Source of the DNA: Vulcanimicrobiota bacterium
GTDB lineage: Bacteria > Vulcanimicrobiota > Xenobia > Xenobiales > JADMJV01
Direction: 5' to 3'
Assembly (NCBI GenBank): GCA_050250895.1
Contig: JBFWNU010000002.1
Location: 567,659 to 631,658 of the forward strand
DNA: 64,000 nucleotides
Shown in pieces: positions 36,980-47,674 of the stretch (position 1 is the stretch's first letter; every line of letters begins with the position of its first letter). The notes under the pieces were generated by a model. The model did not search any database, was not told where the DNA came from, and worked only from the letters and a program-made list of their open reading frames with translations. Both the position numbers and the translations under genes were made by a program.

Positions 36980-38794
36980 GTGGAAGACGAACCGATTCGA
37001 TTGCCTTCGAGCGGTCGCTTTCGGCTTCGATTGGCGGCCATGCTTGGCACCGTGCTGGTGACGATGCTGGCCGCTCGACTTCACCAACTGCAGGTGCTCG
37101 AGCACGAGCTTTATCAGAAGAAGGCCGACCGCAACACCGTCGCCGTCGAACTGGTCTCGCCTCCTCGCGGACGCATCTACGATCACAGCGGCCGGGTGCT
37201 GGTCAGTAACCAGCCACGCTTTGTGGTTAACTGCGTGCCCGCCGAGCTAAAAGACCGCCAGGCCGTCTGCCAGGCTCTGGGCCAGGCCCTGGGCAAGCCG
37301 GCCAGGCCGCTTTTCGACAAAGTTTGCCAGGCCTATCACGAGGCTCCGCTAGAAAGACTGGAACTCGAGACCCGCCTCGACCAGGCCCAGTTGGTGAGGG
37401 TCACGGCTCTGGCTCGGGCCACCCGAGGTCTCTTCGTCGAGTCCCAGTCCATTCGCCGTTACCCGTTTGGCCAGAGGGCCTCGCACCTGTTGGGCACCGT
37501 GGGCGAGATCGACGCCGACGAACTCAAGGAACTGCAAGGCCAGGGCTACCGCGCCCGGGACATCATTGGGAAACGCGGGCTGGAAAAACAGTATGACCGC
37601 TATCTCAAGGGCCACCGCGGAGTGCGCCACCTCAACATCGACGTGCTGGGCCGGACGATTCGCGAGTCGCAAGAGCGCCGTCCCATCATCGGCTGTGACC
37701 TGCATTTGAGCCTGGATTTTGAACTGCAGGGCGTAGCTGAAGCCGCGCTGGCCGAGAAACTGGCCGAACTCAAGCAACTCAATGGTGAAGATTCGGCCGG
37801 AGCGGTGGTGGCCCTCGAGGCTCAGACGGGGCGGGTGCTAGCCCTGGCCAGTCTGCCCCAGTTCGACCCCCGGCCCTTCGCGCGAGGCATCGAGCCCAAA
37901 GAATACAACCGGCTGCTGGCAGACCCCAACTATCCCCTGCTCAGCCGCGCCTTCGGCTCGGCCTTTTCGCCGGGCTCGACCTTCAAGTTGGTCACCAGCA
38001 GCGCCGCTCTGCAGCAAAAGCTCTGCACCGGGGGCTCGGTGTTCTACTGCGGGGGCAGCTATCTCGGGGCCAGTTGCTTCGTGCGCTCGGGCCACGGCAG
38101 TATCAACTTCGAGGATTCGATCGCCCATTCGTGCGATGTGGTCTACTACCGCCTGGGGGCAGAGATGGGCATCGGCAACCTGCGCAAATTCTGTGCTCTC
38201 TATGGCCTGGGTGCTCCCACCGGCATCGACCTGCCCGGCGAAGACGGTGGCCTCTTGCCCAGTCCGGCCTGGAAAGAGAAGTGGGTGGGCGACGAGTGGT
38301 ATGTCGGCGACACCGTCAACATGTCCATCGGACAGGGATTTCTGCTGGTCACGCCCCTTCAAATGGCGGTGGTCACGGCGGCCGTAGCTAACGGCGGTAA
38401 GGTGGTCGAGCCCCACCTGGTCGACCAGATCGTCGATGCCAGCGGGCGGGTCGTCTACCAACACGAGAGCAAGCCCGTTCGCAAACTGCCCATCGATCCG
38501 AAGTATCTTCAGTCGGTTCGTAACGGGATGCGGGGTGCGGTGGCCTATGGAACCTCGGTGGCCGCCGATTCGCCCCTGGCCAGGGTGGGGGGCAAGACGG
38601 GCACGGTCGAAAACTCGCCCAGCGTCTCTAACCACCACGGGCGCAACCACACCTGGTTCGTGTCGTTTGCACCCATCGACAAGCCGCAAATCGTGGTGGT
38701 GGCTTTTCTCGAGAAGTCTGGCGGTTACGGCGGCGGCAATGCCGCCCCGGTGGTGCGCAAGGTGATTGACCACTATTTTGGAGCCCCGCGATGA
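36980..38794 (+). CDS. mrdA: Penicillin-binding protein 2
   Basis: RGRIYD, PGSTFK, SCD, KTGT. Confidence 0.92.
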   Translation: MEDEPIRLPSSGRFRLRLAAMLGTVLVTMLAARLHQLQVLEHELYQKKADRNTVAVELVSPPRGRIYDHSGRVLVSNQPRFVVNCVPAELKDRQAVCQALGQALGKPARPLFDKVCQAYHEAPLERLELETRLDQAQLVRVTALARATRGLFVESQSIRRYPFGQRASHLLGTVGEIDADELKELQGQGYRARDIIGKRGLEKQYDRYLKGHRGVRHLNIDVLGRTIRESQERRPIIGCDLHLSLDFELQGVAEAALAEKLAELKQLNGEDSAGAVVALEAQTGRVLALASLPQFDPRPFARGIEPKEYNRLLADPNYPLLSRAFGSAFSPGSTFKLVTSSAALQQKLCTGGSVFYCGGSYLGASCFVRSGHGSINFEDSIAHSCDVVYYRLGAEMGIGNLRKFCALYGLGAPTGIDLPGEDGGLLPSPAWKEKWVGDEWYVGDTVNMSIGQGFLLVTPLQMAVVTAAVANGGKVVEPHLVDQIVDASGRVVYQHESKPVRKLPIDPKYLQSVRNGMRGAVAYGTSVAADSPLARVGGKTGTVENSPSVSNHHGRNHTWFVSFAPIDKPQIVVVAFLEKSGGYGGGNAAPVVRKVIDHYFGAPR

Positions 38795-39912
38795 AAAGAC
38801 GACTGCTGCCGGTGCTGCTGTGCCAGGACTATCCCCTTTACACCTGCGCCCTGGGGGTGAGCGCCCTGGGTTGGCTGGCGCTGGTGTCGGCCACGCGCTG
38901 GACGGGGGCCGAGGCCGAGCCCAGTCGGCAGGGCCTCTTTCTCTTCATCGGCTGGACCCTGGCCTGGCTGTTGGGCTGCTTGGATTATGACTGGCTACGG
39001 AAGTTGAGCCTTCCCGCCTATCTGGTATGTCTGGGCTCACTGGTAGCCGTGATGGTGCCCGGCATCGGGCAGAGCGCCAAGGGAGCCCAACGCTGGATCG
39101 CCCTGGGCCCCCTGGGCGCCGTTCAGCCTTCCGAGTTCGCCAAGCTGGTCGTGGTCATCGTATTGGCTGCCCTGCTAGCCTGGCGCTCTGACCAGGAGGG
39201 CAAGCCGGCTGCTTCTCTCAAGACTCTGATACTCACCTTTATCGCCATGGGCATACCCTTCGTGCTCATCGCGGCTCAGCCCGATCTTGGCACTGCTCTA
39301 GTCCTGGTGGCCGTCTGCCTGGTCATGGTCTTCGTGGCCGGAGCTTCCCCGGTGGTGCTGGGGGCCTTGATCGCTTCTGGGATAGCCGCCCTGCCCCATG
39401 TGCTCAAGGAATACCAGAAGGACCGGCTAATGATCTATCGCCACCCTGAGCACGATCCGATGGGAATGGGCTACAGCCTGGTCCAGTCGAAAACGGCGAT
39501 CGGATCCGGGGGCATCTTCGGCAAAGGCTTGTTTGCCGGGCACATGACCCAACATGGGTTCGTGCCCGAGAACTGGACCGACTTCATCTTCACCGTGCTG
39601 GGCGAAGAGCTGGGGTTGATCGGCTGTCTCGGCTTTCTAGCTCTGTTCGCCATGCTGCTGATCTGCACCATCCGGGCCGCGCATCTGGCCCACGACCTTT
39701 TCGGCGCGCTGCTGTGCACGGGAGTAGCCACTTTGCTGGCCTTTCAACTGGTGGTCAACGTGGCCATGACCATCGGGTTGGCTCCGGTGGTAGGTCTGCC
39801 GCTGCCGCTGGCGAGCTACGGGGGTAGCGCGCTTTTGACCAACCTTTGTGCGGTAGGAGTGGTGGCTTCGGTGACGGCCACCTCGCGCCGGCGGCAAACG
39901 GCAGAGGAATAG
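38791..39912 (+). CDS. rodA: SEDS glycosyltransferase RodA
   Basis: GAQRWI, QPSEFAK, QPDLGT, TDFIF, SYGGS. Confidence 0.93.
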   Translation: MKRRLLPVLLCQDYPLYTCALGVSALGWLALVSATRWTGAEAEPSRQGLFLFIGWTLAWLLGCLDYDWLRKLSLPAYLVCLGSLVAVMVPGIGQSAKGAQRWIALGPLGAVQPSEFAKLVVVIVLAALLAWRSDQEGKPAASLKTLILTFIAMGIPFVLIAAQPDLGTALVLVAVCLVMVFVAGASPVVLGALIASGIAALPHVLKEYQKDRLMIYRHPEHDPMGMGYSLVQSKTAIGSGGIFGKGLFAGHMTQHGFVPENWTDFIFTVLGEELGLIGCLGFLALFAMLLICTIRAAHLAHDLFGALLCTGVATLLAFQLVVNVAMTIGLAPVVGLPLPLASYGGSALLTNLCAVGVVASVTATSRRRQTAEE

Positions 39913-39938
39913 CGGGTGGCAAGGTATAACGAGCGCCC

Positions 39939-40682
39939 ATGCGCCGACTGTTCATTCTTCTCCTATTGTTGCTCGCCCCCGCCTGGTCCCAGACCATCCA
40001 CGAGGCCGTCCGAGACGACGACATCAAGGCCGTCACCGAGATGCTCGAGACTCACCCCGACCTGGTCAAGCTTGCTCAGGATGGAGTCAGTCCGCTGCAT
40101 GTGGCCTGCTTTCACGGCCACGCCGCCATGGCCAATCTCTTGCTCGAGAAGGGAGCCGACCTCGAGGCTGTCGACCGCCTGGGCGCCTCGCCCCTGATTC
40201 GGGCTCTGGCCGAGGGTCACTCGACCCTGGCCGTGGCCCTCATCGAGCGGGGAGCCAACGTCAACCGGGCCACCAAACTCGGCGAGACCCCGTTGATGAT
40301 GGCCGCTCGCGAGGGCAATCGGGCCGCCATCGACGCCCTGCTGGCCAAAGGAGCCCAACTCGAGGCTGTTGATGGTCGCAAACGGACGCCCTTACACCAT
40401 GCCGTAGAAGCCGCCAACATGGCGAACATCCAGCGATTACTCGAGGCCGGGGCTAATCTCGAGGCTCTCGACAAGAACGGCCAGTCGGTGCTGCACAAGG
40501 CCTCGTTCATGAGCCAGTCCGAAATCGTGCTGACCTTGCTTCGGGCTGGTGCCAACCGTGAACTGCGTGACTCCCGTGGTCGCACCCCTCAGCGCATCGC
40601 CCTCGAGCGCCGCGACCCTGATCTGGCCCGTCTACTCGAGCCCGGCGCGCCCATTCCTGAAACGAAACCGCAACATCCTTAA
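39939..40682 (+). CDS. Secreted ankyrin-repeat protein
   Basis: Signal peptide, then repeats SPLHVA, TPLMMAA, TPLHHA. Confidence 0.9.
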   Translation: MRRLFILLLLLLAPAWSQTIHEAVRDDDIKAVTEMLETHPDLVKLAQDGVSPLHVACFHGHAAMANLLLEKGADLEAVDRLGASPLIRALAEGHSTLAVALIERGANVNRATKLGETPLMMAAREGNRAAIDALLAKGAQLEAVDGRKRTPLHHAVEAANMANIQRLLEAGANLEALDKNGQSVLHKASFMSQSEIVLTLLRAGANRELRDSRGRTPQRIALERRDPDLARLLEPGAPIPETKPQHP

Positions 40683-40776
40683 CATCGGTAACAAACTGTT
40701 AGCCACTCGGTCGCTAGATGGTCGCTCGCGATCGGTGAGTCTAGAAGCAAGACTATACTATCTTGCGAGGTGCGCG

Positions 40777-41475
40777 GTGAATTTCGGAATGAATTTTCAG
40801 CTCGGCCTGGGAGTGCCCCAGGCCGGTTATTCAGGCTACTCATGCGGTGGTGGCCAAAACCCCCTGACCGGACTCTTCCAACTCATTCTGGGCCTGATGA
40901 TGGGCCTGCTCGGGGGCGATGTCTGCTCGAACCTGCTGGGTGGTGATTCGCGAGGCCACTGCTTTAGCCCCAACAATCCGAGCTTCGGTACCGGCTTCAA
41001 CCCCGGTCGATCCTTTGGCGCCCCTCTGGGGGGCTTTCTGGGCGCCCCCAACGGCGGCGACACCTTCTCGGCCGGAAATGCTCCTTCGGTCGACCTCGGC
41101 TCGATTCAGGGCGGAACACCCTGGGGGCGCTCGCTGGCCTCCGACGCCGCCCGCAACGCCAACGGACCGGGCGGCTGGTGCTACAAATGGGTAGCCAATG
41201 CCCTGGGCCGCCACGGCGTCAATGTGCACGGAGCCAGTGCCTACATGGCCGCCGACCAGCTGGCCGGCAATCCCAAGTTTCGCGAAGTACGGGTCCCGGC
41301 CAACCAGTTGCGCAACCTGCCTCCCGGTGCGGTCGTGGTCTGGAATCGCGGCGCCGGTCACCCCCACGGCCACATCTCGATCGCTTTAGGCGACGGCCGC
41401 GAGGCCAGCGACAAGATTCGCAATCAAATCACCAACTACGGTACCTCCTTCCGAGTCTTTCTGCCGAACCAATGA
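40777..41475 (+). CDS. Gly-rich N-terminus plus NlpC/P60/CHAP-like amidase domain
   Basis: GWCYKWVANAL..PGAVVVW..HGHISI gives a Cys-His pair; GAGG RBS before GTG 40777. Confidence 0.72.
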   Translation: MNFGMNFQLGLGVPQAGYSGYSCGGGQNPLTGLFQLILGLMMGLLGGDVCSNLLGGDSRGHCFSPNNPSFGTGFNPGRSFGAPLGGFLGAPNGGDTFSAGNAPSVDLGSIQGGTPWGRSLASDAARNANGPGGWCYKWVANALGRHGVNVHGASAYMAADQLAGNPKFREVRVPANQLRNLPPGAVVVWNRGAGHPHGHISIALGDGREASDKIRNQITNYGTSFRVFLPNQ

Positions 41476-41849
41476 AAGCCGAAAGCAGAGCAATCCTGGA
41501 AGAACTCTCCTTTCCCGCCCTGGTGCCGAATTGGCTTCCCGACGGCCTGGGCGAGCCCAGCCTGCGCTGCGACTCGGACAGCTATCTGTTGAGCTGGTCG
41601 GGCCCCGGCCTGGCCGTCAAAGTTCAGGGCACCTGTGGGGGGGTCGGCGACTTTCCCCCGGGTGAGCGCCGCTTCACTTTCTCGAGCGCCCTTTTCGGCG
41701 AGGCCGTACTCGAGATCGACGACAACGAGATCACCACCCAGTGGCTCTCTGAGGTCGAAGGCGAGTTCCCGGCCTACAACGTCTCGGCCATCGGCCTCTC
41801 GCCCGACCAGGTGATCTCGGTGGTGAACTCCCTGGCTGCGCTCGGGTAA
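41472..41849 (+). CDS. Small acidic hypothetical protein coupled to the amidase gene
   Basis: ATGA overlap at 41472-41475; 125 aa. Confidence 0.65.
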   Translation: MKAESRAILEELSFPALVPNWLPDGLGEPSLRCDSDSYLLSWSGPGLAVKVQGTCGGVGDFPPGERRFTFSSALFGEAVLEIDDNEITTQWLSEVEGEFPAYNVSAIGLSPDQVISVVNSLAALG

Positions 41850-41992
41850 GGAGCGCTCGCGGAAAGGAGCGGCCCTGCGGGCGAGGAGCGCTCGCTTCGC
41901 TCACGGGAGAAGGAGCGGCCTTCGGCCGGGATAAGGAGCGCCGGCTCCTTTCTCGGCGGCACGCCGCTCCCTGTCGACGCGATAGCGTCGAA
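41844..41992. repeat. Modular mini-hairpin array, copy 3 (short)
   Basis: GGAGC-linked modules GGCCCTGCGGGC, GCTCGCTTCGCTC and CGGCCTTCGGCCG, then GCTCCTTTCTC, GGCG-GCA-CGCC and GCTCCCTGTCGACGC. Confidence 0.88.
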
Positions 41993-42028
41993 GAAGGGGT
42001 CGGTCCCGGCGGGGTAAAAGGCTGGCCG

Positions 42029-43516
42029 ATGAGTTTCATCCTGGCCCTCGATCAGGGCACCACCAGCAGTCGAGCGATTCTTTTCGACCACTCCGGCAAG
42101 GTTTGCGGAGTGGCTCAGAAAGAGTTCGAGCAGATCTTTCCCAAACCGGGCTGGGTCGAGCATCGGCCCGACGAGATCTGGTCATCGCAGCTGCAGGTGG
42201 CGATTGCCGTGCTTGCCCAGAACGATGTCGACCCGAAGGCGGTCAAGGCCATCGGCATCACCAACCAGCGCGAGACCACCGTGGTCTGGGACCGGCGTAG
42301 CGGCAAGGCTTTGACTAACGCTATCGTGTGGCAGGATCGGCGCACCTCCGAGTTCTGCGACAAGCTGCGGGCTGACGGTCGGGCCGAGGATATTCGGGCA
42401 CGGACCGGGCTCGAGATCGATGCCTATTTCTCGGGCAGCAAGCTGGCTTGGATCCTGGCTAACGTCGAGGGGGCCCGGCGTTTGGCCGAGGCCGGCCATC
42501 TGGCTTTCGGCACGGTCGATAGCTGGCTGGTCTACAAGTTGACGGCGGGCCGGGTGCATGTGACCGATGTCAGCAATGCCTCGCGCACCATGCTCTATAA
42601 TCTGGCCGAAGGCCGCTGGGATCCGACTCTGCTCGAGTTGTTCGACATCCCCGAGAGTGTCTTGCCCGAGGTCAGGGCCTCGAGCGAGGTCTATGGCGAA
42701 ACCGACAGCGGTATCTTTCCCCGCTCGATTCCGCTGGCCGGCATCGCCGGCGATCAGCAGGCGGCCCTGTTCGGGCAGCTTTGCACCCGTCGAGGCCTTT
42801 CCAAGAATACCTACGGCACCGGTTGCTTTATGCTCCTCAACGTGGGAGACGAGCCGGTCCCCTCCAAGCATCGCCTGCTGACGACGGCCGCCTGGCGGCT
42901 GGGCGAGCGCACCGAGTATGCCCTCGAAGGCAGCGTCTTTGTGGCCGGAGCCGTGGTCCAGTGGTTGCGAGACGGGCTGGGCCTCATCCGCTCGGCAGGC
43001 GAGGTCGAAGAGTTGGCCGGGCGGGTCGAGTCGACTGATGGGGTCTTTCTGGTGCCGGCCTTCGCCGGCCTGGGGGCTCCTCACTGGGACCAGTACGCCA
43101 GGGGCACCCTGGTGGGAATGACGCGCGGGACCACCGGCGCTCATATCGCTCGGGCTGCCCTCGAGGGGATCGCCTTTCAGGTGGCCGACGTGCTCGAGGC
43201 CATGCGAGCCGACTCGGGGCTCGACCTGGTCGAACTGCGCGTCGACGGTGGAGCCTCGGCCAACAATCTGCTGATGCAGATTCAGGCCGACCTTTTGGGC
43301 GTGCCCACGGTGCGACCCAAAGTCACCGAAACCACCGCCCTGGGAGCGGCCTACCTGGCCGGTCTGGCGGTCGATTTCTGGAAGAGCACCGACGAGCTGA
43401 CCGACCAGTGGCAGGTCGACCGGCGCTTTGAACCCCGCCTTTCGGCCGATGAGGTGAGCGCACGACGGGCCCGCTGGGCCCGGGCGCTCGAGCGGGCCAA
43501 GAGCTGGGAACAATGA
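42029..43516 (+). CDS. glpK: Glycerol kinase
   Basis: [38 protein letters not shown]. Confidence 0.97.
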   Translation: MSFILALDQGTTSSRAILFDHSGKVCGVAQKEFEQIFPKPGWVEHRPDEIWSSQLQVAIAVLAQNDVDPKAVKAIGITNQRETTVVWDRRSGKALTNAIVWQDRRTSEFCDKLRADGRAEDIRARTGLEIDAYFSGSKLAWILANVEGARRLAEAGHLAFGTVDSWLVYKLTAGRVHVTDVSNASRTMLYNLAEGRWDPTLLELFDIPESVLPEVRASSEVYGETDSGIFPRSIPLAGIAGDQQAALFGQLCTRRGLSKNTYGTGCFMLLNVGDEPVPSKHRLLTTAAWRLGERTEYALEGSVFVAGAVVQWLRDGLGLIRSAGEVEELAGRVESTDGVFLVPAFAGLGAPHWDQYARGTLVGMTRGTTGAHIARAALEGIAFQVADVLEAMRADSGLDLVELRVDGGASANNLLMQIQADLLGVPTVRPKVTETTALGAAYLAGLAVDFWKSTDELTDQWQVDRRFEPRLSADEVSARRARWARALERAKSWEQ

Positions 43517-45045
43517 AGCGCGAGAGCTTGCTGGCACGCCTTGGCTCGACCCCCGTCTGGGACATGATCTTCATCGGCGGGGGAGCCACCGGGGTGGGAG
43601 CGGCCGTGGATGCGGCCGCCCGCGGCTATACGGTGCTTTTGCTCGAACAGTCGGACTTCGGCAAAGGCACCAGCAGCCGCAGCACCAAGCTGGTGCATGG
43701 TGGCGTGCGCTACCTCGAGCAGGGCAACGTCAGCCTGGTGATGGAGGCGCTGCGCGAGCGCGGGCTCTTGCTTAAGAACGCACCCCATCTGGTGGGAGAC
43801 CTGCAGTTCGTGGTGCCCAACTATACCTGGTGGGAAGGGCCCTATTTCGGTCTCGGGCTCAAGGTCTATGACCTGCTCTCGGGCCGCCACAGCTTCGGAG
43901 CCAGTCGTTGGCTGGGCAAGGCCGACACCATGGCCCACCTGCCCACCATCAAGACCGAAGGTCTGCGCGGCGGGGTGCTCTATCACGATGGCCAGTTCAA
44001 CGACTCGCGCCTGTTGGTGAACCTGGTCCAAACCGGGCTCGAAAAACAGGCGGTGACCCTCAACTACTGCCGGGTGACCGCGTTGCTCAAAGACGCCCAG
44101 GGTCTGGTCGAGGGCGTCACAGCGATCGACCTGGAAAACGACGCCTCCTTTCAGGCTCGGGCCCGGGTAGTGATCAACTGCACCGGACCCTTTACCGACG
44201 AGCTCCGTCAACTGGACCAGCCCGAGTCGCGTCCCATCATCTCGCCCAGCACCGGGGTCCATGTGGTTCTCGACCGTCGCTTTCTGCCCACCGAGACGGG
44301 CTTGATGGTGCCCCGCACCAAAGACGGTCGGGTGTTGTTCGCCATCCCCTGGAACAACTCGGCTCTGTTGGGCACCACCGATCAAGCCGTCGATGCGGCC
44401 AAGCTCGAGCCCGAAGTGACCCGGGCCGAGGTCGACTTCATTCTCGAGACGGCCCGCGGGTATCTAGCCGAGCCGCCCGGTCTCGAGGATGTCCGGAGTG
44501 TCTTCAGCGGCATCCGTCCCCTGGTCAAGGCCGACAAGGAGTCCACTTCGGCCCTTTCTCGTGATCACACGATCGCTATTTCCAAGAGCGGGCTCATCAC
44601 CATCTGCGGCGGCAAGTGGACTACCTATCGCAAGATGGCCGAAGACGTCGTCGACCGGGCCGAGCTGGTGGGCGGATTTGCTCATCGGCCATGCGTGACC
44701 GAGAACTTGATGGTGCACGGTGGAGGTCGCTCGGATACCGTTTATGGCAGCGATCAAGCACTGATCGATGAGCTAGGGCTGGGCGAGCAGCTCCACCCCA
44801 AGCTCGATCTTACTGCTGGCCAGGTGGTCTGGGCCGTCCGTCACGAACTGGCCCGGACCGTCGAAGACGTGTTGTCGCGGCGGGTGCGCGCGCTTTTGTT
44901 CGACGCCGCCGCGGCCGTCGAGGCGGCCCCGCGGGTGGCCGAGCTGATGGCCGACGAGTTGGGCTTTGACCAGTCCTGGCGTGAGCGGCAGTGCCGCCAG
45001 TTCCAAGAGTTGGCCAGAGGCTATCAGGCGGCCTCGCTCTATTGA
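43513..45045 (+). CDS. glpD: FAD-dependent glycerol-3-phosphate dehydrogenase
   Basis: [32 protein letters not shown]. Confidence 0.95.
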   Translation: MKRESLLARLGSTPVWDMIFIGGGATGVGAAVDAAARGYTVLLLEQSDFGKGTSSRSTKLVHGGVRYLEQGNVSLVMEALRERGLLLKNAPHLVGDLQFVVPNYTWWEGPYFGLGLKVYDLLSGRHSFGASRWLGKADTMAHLPTIKTEGLRGGVLYHDGQFNDSRLLVNLVQTGLEKQAVTLNYCRVTALLKDAQGLVEGVTAIDLENDASFQARARVVINCTGPFTDELRQLDQPESRPIISPSTGVHVVLDRRFLPTETGLMVPRTKDGRVLFAIPWNNSALLGTTDQAVDAAKLEPEVTRAEVDFILETARGYLAEPPGLEDVRSVFSGIRPLVKADKESTSALSRDHTIAISKSGLITICGGKWTTYRKMAEDVVDRAELVGGFAHRPCVTENLMVHGGGRSDTVYGSDQALIDELGLGEQLHPKLDLTAGQVVWAVRHELARTVEDVLSRRVRALLFDAAAAVEAAPRVAELMADELGFDQSWRERQCRQFQELARGYQAASLY

Positions 45046-45121
45046 GAGTTGTAACAGGCTATTAACATCCCGCCGGCTGTGTCCAAGGCCAACCAAAAAG
45101 TGAGTATGGCATGCTGAGGCT

Positions 45122-46156
45122 ATGCTCAGTCCATTAGGCGGTATCGACCGCGCTCAGTTCAACAACCTCGGTTTTTCCGGGGTCCCCAATCCGGGAGCAG
45201 GACCCGGTGGCATTCCCGACCTCTCTAGCCTTTCCCCTGAAGCCCTCAACGGTGGGGCAGGCGACGCCGAGCTGCTGCAGCAGCTTATGCAAGCGTTCGG
45301 GCAACAACCCCAGGACCCGGTCCAGCAGCTCCAGCAAGAGATTGCCAGGACCGAGCAGCAACTCCAGCAAGCGCAGGCTGCAGGCGATCAACAAGCAGTA
45401 ACTCAACTAACTCAGAAGCTCGAGCAACTCAAGGCCCAACTGGCTCAGCTTACTGGCCAGGGACAGGATCAGGGCGGCGGTTCTCCCGAGGCTGGTGGGG
45501 CGCCCGCGGGCGGTGCTCCGTCGGGTGGTTCTCCCTCGCCCTCGGGTGGCGCGCCCAGTGGAGGGTCGCCCGCTGGGGGCTCGCCTTCGGGAGGAGCACC
45601 CTCGGGAGGGGCCCCCTCGGGTGGCTCTCCGGCCGGCAGGGCGTCTTCCGCCACACCCAGCGGTCAGAGCGGCCCAACTCCTGACATTCCGCAGGTCCCC
45701 CCCGAGCTGGCCGGCGACGACAAGAAGCTGGCCGAGTTCATCGAAGGCAAACTGGCGGGCTCACCCCTGGCCGGGCGAGGTCTGGGGTCCCATTTCGTAG
45801 CCGCCGGCCGCCAGCACGATGTGGATCCCCTGGTGTTGATGGCCATCAGTCGCCACGAGACGAACTTCGGTCGTCTCGGCGTGGGCGTCAACAAGCACAT
45901 GGGGGTGGGAGCCTACGACAGCAGTCCCAACGCCCCCCGACGCTGGGATGGGGCGGTCAACCAGATCTACTCGGGAGCCCGGACGTTCGCTAACCTGAGG
46001 CGTCGTTTCGGTTCGAACTCGAGGGCCCCCCTGGCCCAGCAACTGGCCGCCGTCAACGGCGGCGGGCGCGGCTGGGCCACCGACCGAGGCTGGCATCGCA
46101 AGGTGGCCGGCACCTACTCCAATCTGGCCGGCGGCAGCAACCGGCGCTACGCCTAG
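45122..46156 (+). CDS. Harpin-like Gln/Gly-rich protein with C-terminal lysozyme-fold (GH73-like) domain
   Basis: LLQQLMQAF helix, coiled coil and GGAPSGGSP repeats, then AISRHETNFG and WATDRGW. Confidence 0.7.
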   Translation: MLSPLGGIDRAQFNNLGFSGVPNPGAGPGGIPDLSSLSPEALNGGAGDAELLQQLMQAFGQQPQDPVQQLQQEIARTEQQLQQAQAAGDQQAVTQLTQKLEQLKAQLAQLTGQGQDQGGGSPEAGGAPAGGAPSGGSPSPSGGAPSGGSPAGGSPSGGAPSGGAPSGGSPAGRASSATPSGQSGPTPDIPQVPPELAGDDKKLAEFIEGKLAGSPLAGRGLGSHFVAAGRQHDVDPLVLMAISRHETNFGRLGVGVNKHMGVGAYDSSPNAPRRWDGAVNQIYSGARTFANLRRRFGSNSRAPLAQQLAAVNGGGRGWATDRGWHRKVAGTYSNLAGGSNRRYA

Positions 46157-46202
46157 CAGGGAGCGTCGACCGGGTCGGCGAGAAGGAACTCTGGTTCGCT
46201 CC

Positions 46203-47600
46203 TCACTCGTCGAGAGGCGGAAGTTCGCGGCGAGGGGGCGGGGTGGGAAAGGCCGATCGCAGGCGCTGCCCGTCGAGTGGCCGACTGGCGGGTGGTGGTG
46301 GCGGCGCTGGTGGGGGCGGAGGCGTCGGTGGCGGCGGGGGAGCCAGTTCGGGTTCTGGAGCGCGCGAGCGAGGGGCCGGGAGGTCCAACTCGAGATTCAG
46401 CTCAGGCACATTCCTGGGGGGCGGCGGCAAAGGCCGTCCCTGGGGTGACTGGGTGGGCTCGCTCGGTCTTGCGATGCGACGATCGGCTAGAGAGCCTCGG
46501 CCTGGCGGCGAAGGCAAGCTGAACTCTGGTGTCTCGGGAGCCGGCTCGCGGGCGGGGGGAGCAGGTAACTCGTCAAGTTCTGGCACCGGCGGTGGGGGAG
46601 GAGCCGCCTTGGGGGGGGCCGGGGGAGGGCTGGCCGGCGGTGGCGGTGCTGAAGTTGCGCTCGGCGGACGACCGATCTGGGGTCGAGCGGGCTTGGGCGG
46701 AGCGACCGGAGGCGACTCTTGAGGTGCAGGCTGGGATCGTTGGGGGCGGTTGGCGAGGGTGGGCGCGTTGGCTGCCGGAGGGGGGGCCAGGTACTCCTCT
46801 TCCAGTTCTTGCATCTGGTCGGCTACCTCTTCGGGGGCGAACTTCTCTTTCTTGTCCTCTTCAGCCATGTGCTCGAGGCTGGAGCCGACCTTCAGCTCTT
46901 CATAGCGCTGGCGCAGCTTCTTGCGCTCGGCTTCGTAGTCGTATTTGATCAGTTTCTCGATGAAGGGCTTCAGGCGTGTGTTTTTGGCAAAGTCGGCAAA
47001 GCTGACGGCAAACTGCATGAAACTCAGATGGAAGGACTGCCGCGATTCCTTCCTGCCCTCGTGATTGGCCAGGATCTCTCTCCACTTGGCGTCGGCGTCG
47101 TCTTCCAGGCGCCGCGCCAGCCGGCAGAGATCGAGGTGGAGTTCGTCGCTCATCACCGGTTTGTGGTCAGATAAGACCACGGCCCGCTGTCCCAGTTCTT
47201 TGGAAAGCTCCTGCACCTCGACCTTGAAGCCCGAGAGGTTGCGGTTGACGATCATTTTGAAGATCTGCTTCTTGAGTCCGAATTCGGCTTTCTTGCTGGC
47301 CTTGGTGAGCTTGGACTTGACCTTCTGTTTGCCTTCGCCCTCGGGTGGGGCCAAGAGTTCGTTTTCTTCGCCAAAGGTCTCGCGTCGAAGATCGTCCTCC
47401 ATGGCCAGACGGGCTTCGCGGGCCTGCTTGAAAGTGTCAGAAATGCGGCGGCAGATTTCGAGGGTGGACTCGTCAGCGATTTTGCCCTTGGAAAACCCCT
47501 GGTAGACCTGCTTGCCAATGCGCGCCAGGGTCTTCTCGTGCTCGCTGGTCAGACAGATCCACTCGTTAAAGAGTATGGTTGAGACCCGGGATTCTTTCAT
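46203..47600 (-). CDS. Hypothetical protein: helical N-terminus, long Pro-rich tail
   Basis: 465-aa ORF, Lys/Glu-rich then poly-Pro. Confidence 0.75.
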   Translation of the reverse strand: MKESRVSTILFNEWICLTSEHEKTLARIGKQVYQGFSKGKIADESTLEICRRISDTFKQAREARLAMEDDLRRETFGEENELLAPPEGEGKQKVKSKLTKASKKAEFGLKKQIFKMIVNRNLSGFKVEVQELSKELGQRAVVLSDHKPVMSDELHLDLCRLARRLEDDADAKWREILANHEGRKESRQSFHLSFMQFAVSFADFAKNTRLKPFIEKLIKYDYEAERKKLRQRYEELKVGSSLEHMAEEDKKEKFAPEEVADQMQELEEEYLAPPPAANAPTLANRPQRSQPAPQESPPVAPPKPARPQIGRPPSATSAPPPPASPPPAPPKAAPPPPPVPELDELPAPPAREPAPETPEFSLPSPPGRGSLADRRIARPSEPTQSPQGRPLPPPPRNVPELNLELDLPAPRSRAPEPELAPPPPPTPPPPPAPPPPPASRPLDGQRLRSAFPTPPPRRELPPLDE

Positions 47601-47674
47601 GCCGTTCCCATAGACTTTCTCTCCGCGAAATAACCCCCCTGCTATTATGCCCCGGGGTCGCTGGGGTGGGTCAC

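Noticed and set aside
45475-46800. G/C-rich low-complexity tracts as non-coding repeats or G-quadruplex elements
   Set aside because: Explained by Gly/Ser/Pro and poly-Pro coding linkers in two convergent genes.
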